This document shows, piece by piece, positions 54,801 through 64,000 of a DNA stretch of 64,000 nt (positions are counted from its first letter, which is position 1; each line of letters starts with the position of its first letter). The notes below the pieces were generated by a model. That model searched no databases, was not told where the DNA came from, and worked only from the letters and a program-made list of their open reading frames with translations. The position numbers and the translations under genes are program-made. Origin of the DNA: the human T2T-CHM13v2.0 reference genome, Homo sapiens; NCBI RefSeq assembly GCF_009914755.1, contig NC_060946.1; one strand, written 5' to 3'.

Positions 54801-57800
54801 ACTTGCAGATTCAACAAAAAGTGTTTTTCAGAACTGCTCTATCAAAAGAAAGATCCACCTCTGTTAGCTGAGTTCACACATCCAAACAAGTTTATGAGAA
54901 TGCTTCTGTCTAGTTTTTATTTGAAGATATTTCCTTTCTCACCATAGACCTGAAAGCTGTCCTAATGTTCACTTCCAGATACTACAGAAAGAGTGTTTCA
55001 AAACTGCTGTACGAAAGGGAATGTTCAACTCTGTGACTTGAATGCACACATCACAAAGAAGTTTCTGAGGATGCTGCTGTTTACTTTTTATACGTAATCC
55101 TGTTTCCAACGAAATCCTCCAAGCTATCCAAATATCCACTTGCAGATTCCACAGAAAGAATGTTTCAAAACTGCTCTGTCAATAGAAAGGTTCAACTCAG
55201 TTAGCTGCGTGCATATATCCCAAAGAAGATTCTGAGATTGCTTCTGTCTAGTTTTTATGGGAAGATATTTCCCTTTTCACCGTAGGCGTCAAGGCGCTCC
55301 AAATGTCCACTTCCAGATACTACAAAAAGAGTGTTTCAAACCTAATCTGTGAAAGGGAATATTCAACTCTGTAACTTGAATGCACATATCACAAAGAAGT
55401 TTCTGAGAATGCTTCTGTCGAGATTTTATGTGAAGATATTCCCGTTTCCAACGAAATCCTGAAATCTATCCAAATATCCCCTCGCAGATTCTACAAAAAG
55501 AGTGTTTCAAAACTGCTCTGTAAAAAGAAAGGTTCAACTCTGTTAGTTGAGTACACACATCACAAACAAGTTTCACAGAATGTTTCTTTCTAGCTTGTAG
55601 GGGAAGATATTCCCTTCATCACCATGGGCCTCAAACCGTCCGAAACGTCCACTTCCATATACTACAAAAAGAGCGTTTCAAACCTGCTCTATGAAAGGCA
55701 ATGTTCAACTCTGTGACTTGAATGCAGACATCACAGAGCAGTTTCTGAGAATGCTTCTGTCTAGATTTTATAGGAAGATATTCCCGTTTCCAACGAAATC
55801 TTCACAGCTATCCAAATATCCACTTGCAGATTCTACAAAAAGAGTGTATCAAAACTGCTCTGTCAAAAGGAAGGTTCTTCTCTGTTAGGTGAGTGCATAC
55901 GTCATAAAGGAGTTTCTGAGAATGTTTCTGTCTAGTGGTTATGGGAAGATATTTGCTTTTTCACCGTAGGCCTCAGAGCGCTCCAAATGTCCACTTGCAC
56001 ATACTACAAAAAGAGTGCTTCAAACCTGCTCTCTGAAACGGAATGTTCAACTCTATGAGTTGAATGCAAACATCACAAAGACGTTTCTGAGAATGCTTCT
56101 GTCTAGATTTGATATGAAGATATTCCCGTTTCCAACGAAATCTTCAAATCTATCCAAATGTCCACTTGCAGATTCAACAAAATGTGTTTTTCAGAACTGC
56201 TCTATCAAAAGAAAGATCCACCTCTGTTAGCTGAGTTCACACATCACAAACAAGTTTATGAGAATGCTTCTGTCTAGTTTTTATTTGAAGATATTTCCTT
56301 TCTCACCATAGACCTGAAAGCTGTCCTAATGTTCACTTCCAGATACTACAGAAAGAGTGTTTCAAAACTGCTGTACGAAAGGGAATGTTCAACTCTGTGA
56401 CTTGAATGCACACATCACAAAGAAGTTTCTGAGGATGCTGCTGTCTACTTTTTATACGTAATCCCGTTTCCAACGAAATCCTCCAAGCTATCCAAATATC
56501 CACTTGCAGATTCCACAGAAAGACTGTTTCAAAACTGTTCTGTCAATAGAAAGGTTCAACTCTGTTAGCTGCGTGCATATATCCCAAAGACGATTCTGAG
56601 ATTGCTTCTGTCTAGTTTTTATGGGAAGATATTTCCCTTTTCACCGTAGGTGTCAAGGCGCTCCAAATGTCCACTTCCAGATACTACAAAAAGAGTGTTT
56701 CAAACCTACTCTGTGAAAGGGAATATTCAACTCTGTGACTTGAATGCACATATCACAAAGAAGTTTCTGAGAATGCTTCTGTCGAGATTTTATATGAAGA
56801 TATTCCCGTTTCCAACGAAATCCTGAAATCTATCCAAATATCCCCTCGCAGATTCTACAAAAAGAGTGTTTCAAAACTGTTCTGTAAAAAGAAAGGTTCA
56901 ACTCTGTTAGTTGAGTACACACATCACAAACAAGTATCACAGAATGCTTCTTTCTAGCTTGTAGGGGAAGATATTCCCTTTATCACCATGGGCCTCAAAC
57001 CGTCCGAAACGTCCACTTCCATATACTTCAAAAAGAGCGTTTCAAACCTGCTCTATGAAAGGCAATGTTCAACTCTGTGACTTGAATGCAGACATCACAG
57101 AGCTGTTTCTGAGAATGCTTCTGTCTAGATTTTATAGGAAGATATTCCCGTTTCCAACGAAATCTTCACAGCTATCCAAATATCCACTTGCAGATTCTAC
57201 AAAAAGAGTGTATCCAAACTGCTCTGTCAAAAGGAAGGTTCTTCTCTGTTAGGTGAGTGCATACGTCATAAAGGAGTTTCTGAGAATGTTTCTGTCTAGT
57301 GGTTATGGGAAGATATTTGCTTTTTCACCGTAGGCCTCAGAGCGCTCCAAATATCCACTTGCACATACTACAAAAAGAGTGCCTCAAAGCTGCTCTCTGA
57401 AACGGAATGTTCAACTCTATGAGTTGAATTCAAACATCACAAAGACGTTTCTGAGAATGCGTCTGTCTAGATTTGATATGAAGATATTCCCGTTTCCAAC
57501 GAAATCTTCAAATCTATCCAAATGTCCACTTCTATAATCAACAAAAAGTGTTTTTCAGAACTGCTCTATCAAAAGAAAGATCCACCTCTGTTAGCTGAGT
57601 TCACACATCCAAACAAGTTTATGAGAATGCTTCTGTCTAGTTTTTATTTGAAGATATTTCCTTTCTCACCATAGACCTGAAAGCTGTCGTAATGTTTACT
57701 TCCAGATACTACAGAAAGAGTGTTTCAAAACTGCTGTACGAAAGGGAATGTTCAACTCTGTGACTTGAATGCACACATCACAAAGAAGTTTCTGAGGATG

Positions 57801-60375
57801 CTGCTGTCTACTTTTTATACGTAATCCCGTTTCCAACGAAATCCTCCAAGCTATCCAAATATCCACTTGCAGATTCCACAGAAAGACTGTTTCAAAACTG
57901 CTCTGTCAATAGAAAGGTTCAACTCTGTTAGCTGCGTGCATATATCCCAAAGAAGATTCTGAGATTGCTTCTGTCTAGTTTTTTTGGGAAGATATTTCCC
58001 TTTTCACCGTAGGCGTCAAGGCGCTCCAAATGTCCACTTCCAGATACTACAAAAAGAGTGTTTCAAACCTACTCTGTGAAAGGGAATATTCAACTCTGTG
58101 ACTTGAATGCACATATCACAAAGAAGTTTCTGAGAATGCTTCTGTCGAGATTTTATATGAAGATATTCCCGTTTCCAACGAAATCCTGAAATCTATCCAA
58201 ATATCCCCTCGCAGATTCTACAAAAAGAGTGTTTCAAAACTGCTCTGTAAAAAGAAAGGTTCAACTCTGTTAGTTGAGTACACACATCACAAACAAGTTT
58301 CACAGAATGCTTCTTTCTAGCTTGTAGGGGAAGATATTCCCTTTATCACCATGGTCCTCAAACCGTCCGAAACGTCCACTTCCATAAACTACAAAAAGAG
58401 CGTTTCAAACCTGCTCTATGAAAGGCAATGTTCAACTCTGTGACTTGAATGCAGACATCACAGAGCAGTTTCTGAGAATGCTTCTGTCCAGACTTTATAG
58501 GAAGATATTCCCGTTTCCAACGAAATCTTCACAGCTATCCAAATATCCACTTGCAGATACTACAAAAAGAATATATCAAAAATGCTCTGTCAAAAGGAAA
58601 GTTCTTCTCTGCTAGTTGAGTGCATACGTCATAAAGAAGTTTCTGAGAATGTTTCTGTCTAGTGGTTATGGGAAGATATTAGCTTTTTCCCCGTAGACCT
58701 CAGAGCGCTCCAAATGTCCACTTGCACATGCTACAAAAAGAGTGCTTCAAAGCTGCTCTCTGAAAGGGAATGTTCAACTCTATGAGTTGAATGTAAACAT
58801 CACAAAGACGTTTCTGAGAATGCTTCTGTCTAGATTTGATATGAAGATATTCCCGTTTCCAACGAAATCTTCAAATCTATCCAAATGTCCACTTGCAGAT
58901 TCAACAAAAAGTGTTTTTCAAAACTGCTGTATCAAAAGAAAGATCCACGTCTGTTAGCTGAGTTCACACATCACAAACAAGTTTATGAGAATGCTTCTGT
59001 CTAGTTTTTATTTGAAGATATTTCCTTTCTCACCATAGACCTGAAAGCTGTCCTAATGTTCACTTCCAGGTACTACAGAAAGAGTGTTTCAAAACTGCTG
59101 TACGAAAGGGAATGTTCAACTCTGTGACTTGAATGCACACATCACAAAGAAGTTTCTGAGGATGCTGCTGTCTACTTTTTATACGTAATCCCGTTTCCAA
59201 AGAAATCCTCCAAGCTATCCAAATATCCACTTGTAGATTCCACAGAAAGACTGTTTCAAAACTGCTCTGTCAATAGAAAGGTTCAACTCTGTTAGCTGCG
59301 TGCATATATCCCAAACAAGATTCTGAGATTGCTTCTGTCTAGTTTTTATGGGAAGATATTTCCCTTTTCACCGTAGGTGTCAAGGCGCTCCAAATGTCCA
59401 CTTCCAGATACTACAAAAAGAGTGTTTCAAACCTACTCTGTGAAAGGGAATATTCAACTCTGTGACTTGAATGCACATATCACAAAGAAGTTTCTGAGAA
59501 TGCTTCTGTCGAGATTTTATATGAAGATATTCCCGTTTCCAACGAAATCCTGAAATCTATCCAAATATCCCCTCGCAGATTCTACAAAAAGAGTGTTTCA
59601 AAACTGTTCTGTAAAAAGAAAGGTTCAACTCTGTTAGTTGAGTACACACATCACAAACAAGTATCACAGAATGCTTCTTTCTAGCTTGTAGGGGAAGATA
59701 TTCCCTTTATCACCATGGGCCTCAAACCGTCCGAAACGTCCACTTCCATATACTTCAAAAAGAGCGTTTCAAACCTGCTCTATGAAAGGCAATGTTCAAC
59801 TCTGTGACTTGAATGCAGACATCACAGAGCTGTTTCTGAGAATGCTTCTGTCTAGATTTTATAGGAAGATATTCCCGTTTCCAACGAAATCTTCACAGCT
59901 ATCCAAATATCCACTTGCAGATTCTACAAAAAGAGTGTATCCAAACTGCTCTGTCAAAAGGAAGGTTCTTCTCTGTTAGGTGAGTGCATACGTCATAAAG
60001 GAGTTTCTGAGAATGTTTCTGTCTAGTGGTTATGGGAAGATATTTGCTTTTTCACCGTAGGCCTCAGAGCGCTCCAAATATCCACTTGCACATACTACAA
60101 AAAGAGTGCCTCAAAGCTGCTCTCTGAAACGGAATGTTCAACTCTATGAGTTGAATTCAAACATCACAAAGACGTTTCTGAGAATGCTTCTGTCTAGATT
60201 TGATATGAAGATATTCCCGTTTCCAACGAAATCTTCAAATCTATCCAAATGTCCACTTGCAGATTCAACAAAAAGTGTTTTTCAGAACTGCTCTATCAAA
60301 AGAAAGATCCACCTCTGTTAGTTGAGTTCACACATCCAAACAAGTTTATGAGAATGCTTCTGTATAGTTTTTATT
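48805..60375. repeat. ~11.6 kb multi-HOR duplicated block, copy 2
   Basis: Same marker series as copy 1. The last shared markers are the CATCCAAAC 1-bp deletion and TGTATAG (about 33060-33092 versus 60335-60367). Confidence 0.9.
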
Positions 60376-63300
60376 TGAAGATATTTCCTTTCTCACCATA
60401 GACCTGAAAGCTGTCCTAATGTTCACTTCCAGATACTACAGAAAGGGTGTTTGAAAACTGCTGTACGAAAGGGAATGTTCAACTCTGTGACTTGAATGCA
60501 CACATCACAAAGAAGTTTCTTAGGATGCTGCTGTCTAGTTTTTATACGTAATCCCGTTTCCAACGAAATCCTCCAATCTATCCAAATATCCACTTGCAGA
60601 TTCCACAGCAAGACTGTTTCAAAATTGCTCTGTCAATAAAAAGGTTCAACTCTGTTTGCTGCGTGCATATATCCCAAAGAAGATTCTGAGATTGCTTCTG
60701 TCTAGTTTTTATGGGAAGATATTTCCCTTTTCACCGTAGGCGTCAAGGCGCTCCAAATGTCCACTTCCAGATACTACAAAAAGAGTGTTTCAAACATACT
60801 CTGTGAAAGGGAATATTCAACTCTGTGACTTGAATGCACATATCACAATGAAGTTTCTGAGAATGCTTCTGTCGAGATTTTATATGAAGATATTCCCGTT
60901 TCCAACGAAATACTGAAATCTATCCAAATATCCCCTCGCAGATTCTACAAAAAGAGTGTTTCAAAACTGCTCTGTAAAAAGAAAGGTTCAACTCTGTTAG
61001 TTGAGTACACACATCACAAACAAGTTTCACAGAATGCTTCTTTCTAGCTTGTAGGGGAAGATATTCCCTTTATCACCATGGGCCTCAAACCGTCCGAAAC
61101 GTCCACTTCCATATACTACAAAAAGAGCGTTTCAAACCTGCTCTATGAAAGGCAATGTTCAACTCTGTGATTTGAATGCAGACATCACAGAGCTGTTTCT
61201 GAGAATGCTTCTGTCTAGATTTAATAGGAAGATATTCCCGTTTCCAATGAAATCTTCACAGCTATCCAAATATCCACTTGCAGATTCTACAAAAAGAGTG
61301 TATCAAAACTGCTCTGGCAAAAGGAAGGTTCTTCTCTGTTAGGTGAGTGCATACGTCATAAAGGAGTTTCTGAGAATGTTTCTGTCTAGTGGTTATTCGA
61401 AGATATTTGCTTTTTCACCGTAGGCCTCAGAGCGCTCCAAATATCCACTTGCACATACTACAAAAAGAGTGCCTCAAAGCTGCTCTCTGAAACGGAATGT
61501 TCAACTCTATGAGTTGAATGCAAACATCACAAAGACGTTTCTGAGAATGCTTCTGTCTAGATTTGATATGAAGATATTCCCGTTTCCAACGAAATCTTCA
61601 AATCTATCCAAATGTCCACTTGCAGATTCAACAAAAAGTGTTTTTCAGAACTGCTCTATCAAAAGAAAGATCCACCTCTGTTAGCTGAGTTCACACTTCA
61701 CAAACAAGTTTATGAGAATGCTTCTGTCTAGTTTTTATTTGAAGATATTTCCTTTCTCACCATAGACCTGAAAGCTGTCCTAATGTTCACTTCCAGATAC
61801 TACAGAAAGAGTGTTTCAAAACTGCTGTACGAAAGGGAATGTTCAACTCTGTGACTTGAATGCACACATCACAAAGAAGTTTCTGAGGATGCTGCTGTCT
61901 ACTTTTTGTACGTAATCCCGTTTCCAACGAAATCCTCCAAGCTATCCAAATATCCACTTGCAGATTCCACAGAAAGACTGTTTCAAAAGTGCTCTCTCAA
62001 TAGAAAGGTTCAACTCTGTTAGCTGCGTGCATATATCCCAAAGAAGATTCTGAGATTGCTTCTGTCTAGTTTTTATGGGAAGATATTTCCCTTTTCACCG
62101 TAGGCGTCAAGGCGCTCCAAATGTCCACTTCCAGATATCACAAAAAGAGTGTTTCAAACCTACTCTGTGAAAGGGAATATTCAACTCTGTGACTTGAATG
62201 CACATATCACAAAGAAGTTTCTGAGAATGCTTCTGTCGAGATTTTATATGAACATATTCCCGTTTCCAACGAAATCCTGAAATCTATCCAAATATCCCCT
62301 CGCAGATTCTACAAAAAGAGTGTTTCAAAACTGCTCTGTAAAAAGAAAGGTTCAACTCTGTTAGTTGAGTACACACATCACAAACAAGTTTCACAGAATG
62401 CTTCTTTCTAGCTTGTAGGGGAAGATATTCCCTTTATCACCATGGTCCTCAAACCGTCCGAAACGTCCACTTCCATATACTACAAAAAGAGCGTTTCAAA
62501 CCTGCTCTAGGAAAGGCAATGTTCAACTCTGTGACTTGAATGCAGACATCACAGAGCAGTTTCTGAGAATGCTTCTGTCTAGATTTTATAGGAAGATATT
62601 CCCGTTTCCAACGAAATCTTCACAGCTATCCAAATATCCACTTGCAGATTCTACAAAAAGAGTGTATCAAAACTGCTCTGTCAAAAGGAAGGTTCTTCTC
62701 TGTTAGTTGAGTACATACGTCATAAAGGAGTTTCTGAGAACGTTTCTGTCTAGTGGTTATGGGAAGATAATTGCTTTTGCACCGTAGGCCTCAGAGCGCT
62801 CCAAATATCCACTTGCACATACTACAAAAAGAGTGCTTCAAAGGTGCTCTCTGAAAGGGAATGTTCAACTCTATGAGTTGAATGCAAACATCACAAAGAC
62901 GTTTCTGAGAATGCTTCTGTCTAGATTTGATATGAAGATATTCCCGTTTCCAACGAAATCTTCAAATCTATCCAAATGTCCACTTGCAGATTCAACAAAA
63001 AGTGTTTTTCAGAACTGCTCTATCAAAAGAAAGATCCACCTCTGTTAGCTGAGTTCACACATCAGAAACAAGTTTATGAGAATGCTTCTGTCTAGTTTTT
63101 ATTTGAAGATATTTCCTTTCTCACCATAGACCTGAAAGCTGTCCTAATGTTCACTCCCAGATACTACAGAAAGAGTGTTTCAAAACTGCTGTACGAAAGG
63201 GAATGTTCAACTCTGTGACTTGAATGCACACATCACAAAGAAGTTTCTGAGGATGCTGCTGTCTACTTTTTATACGTAATCCCGTTTCCAACGAAATCCT

Positions 63301-64000
63301 CCAATCTATCCAAATATCCACTTGCAGATTCCACAGAAAGACTGTTTCAAAACTGCTCTGTTAATAGAAAGGTTCAACTTTGTTAGCTGCGTGCATATAT
63401 CCCAAAGAAGATTCTGAGATTGCTTCTGTCTAGTTTTTATGGGAAGATATTTCCCTTTTCACCGTAGGCGTCAAGGCGCTCCAAATGTCCACTTCCAGAT
63501 ACTACAAAAGGAGTGTTTCAAACCTACTCTGTGGAAGGGAATATTCAACTCTGTGACTTGAATGCAGATATCACAAAGAAGTTTCTGAGAATGCTTCCGT
63601 CGAGATTTTATATGAAGGTATTTCCGTTTCCAACGAAATCCTGAAATCTATCCAAATATCCCCTCGCAGATTCTACAAAAAGAGTGTTTCAACACTGCTC
63701 TGTAAAAAGAAAGGTTCAACTCTGTTAGTTGAGTACACACATCACAAACAAGTTTCACAGAATGCTTCTTTCTAGCTTGTAGGGGAAGATATTTCCTTTA
63801 TCACCATGGGCCTCAAACCGTCCGAAACGTCCACTTCCATATACTACAAAAAGAGTGTTTGAAACCTGCTCTATGAAAGGCAATGTTCAACTCTGTGACT
63901 TGAATGCAGACATCACAGAGCAGTTTCTGAGAATGCTTCTGTCCAGACTTTATAGGAAGATATTCCCGTTTCCAAAGAAATCTTCACAGCTATCCAAATA

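Larger units (their letters stand above)
1..64000 (-). repeat. Alpha-satellite higher-order repeat array, 8-mer / 1364 bp, ~47 copies, both ends open
   Basis: ~171-bp tandem monomers with hallmark alphoid motifs (TTTCTGAGAATGCTTCTGTCTAG, TTCAACTCTGTGA, TCCACTTGCAGATTC). The same HOR phase recurs at 111, 1475, 2837, 4199 ... 61469, 62833; 62833-111 = 46x1364-22, fully accounted for by six 2-bp and ten 1-bp deletions. The CENP-B box reads TTCGTTGGAAACGGGA on the minus strand throughout. Confidence 0.99.
1..64000 (-). other. Probable chr14/chr22 active centromeric HOR (suprachromosomal family 2; alphaXT; D14Z9/D22Z1, S2C14/22H1L)
   Basis: Dimeric A/B alternation, 8-mer of 1364 bp, one TaqI site (TCGA, e.g. 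878) and XbaI sites (e.g. 198, 2582) per HOR, and no regular EcoRI periodicity. Assignment is from recalled family properties. Chr14 and chr22 cannot be separated by eye, and other SF2 8-mers (chr18, chr20) are not formally excluded. Confidence 0.72.

Noticed and set aside
111-63048. Dozens of 61-128 aa ORFs (MLQSCSLKRNVQL..., MKGNVQLCDLNAD...) that look like a repeated peptide family
   Set aside because: They are translations of alpha-satellite monomers recurring at HOR period. Many use GTG/TTG starts, they appear and vanish with single SNVs or indels, and they have no recognisable domains or gene context. I used them only as variant markers.
220-64000. Regularly spaced conserved 17-mer resembling a CRISPR repeat
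   Set aside because: It is the CENP-B box. The intervening DNA is repeated ~325-bp satellite, not unique spacers, and there are no cas genes.
1-64000. Possible Alu/L1 insertion or inversion
   Set aside because: HOR phase arithmetic closes exactly with 1-2 bp deletions only, and CENP-B boxes stay on one strand. I saw no poly-A tail or foreign sequence.

Overview
The whole 64 kb is one uninterrupted, single-orientation primate (almost certainly human) centromeric alpha-satellite array. It consists of about 47 copies of an 8-monomer, 1364-bp higher-order repeat (HOR) built from ~171-bp monomers that alternate CENP-B-box (B-type) and pJalpha-box (A-type) units. The 8-mer size, dimeric layout and one TaqI site per HOR best fit the chr14/chr22 'alphaXT' family (SF2; D14Z9/D22Z1, S2C14/22H1L); this assignment is from recall, not a search. 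I see no genes, RNA genes, transposon insertions, inversions or monomer-number variants, and all listed ORFs are satellite artefacts. I found no new protein-coding system. The informative signal is in linked SNVs and 1-2 bp indels, which show a nested 'super-HOR' history. The left domain (1-16.4 kb) has 3-HOR (4088 bp), 9-HOR (12268 bp) and 2-HOR (2728 bp) duplications. The right domain is a ~24.5 kb (18-HOR) tandem duplication whose register slips to 20 HORs (27275 bp) and back. It contains EcoRI-marked 2-HOR triplets, conversion-like patches and HOR haplotypes that carry broken CENP-B boxes. All variant calls and counts were read by eye and need alignment to confirm.
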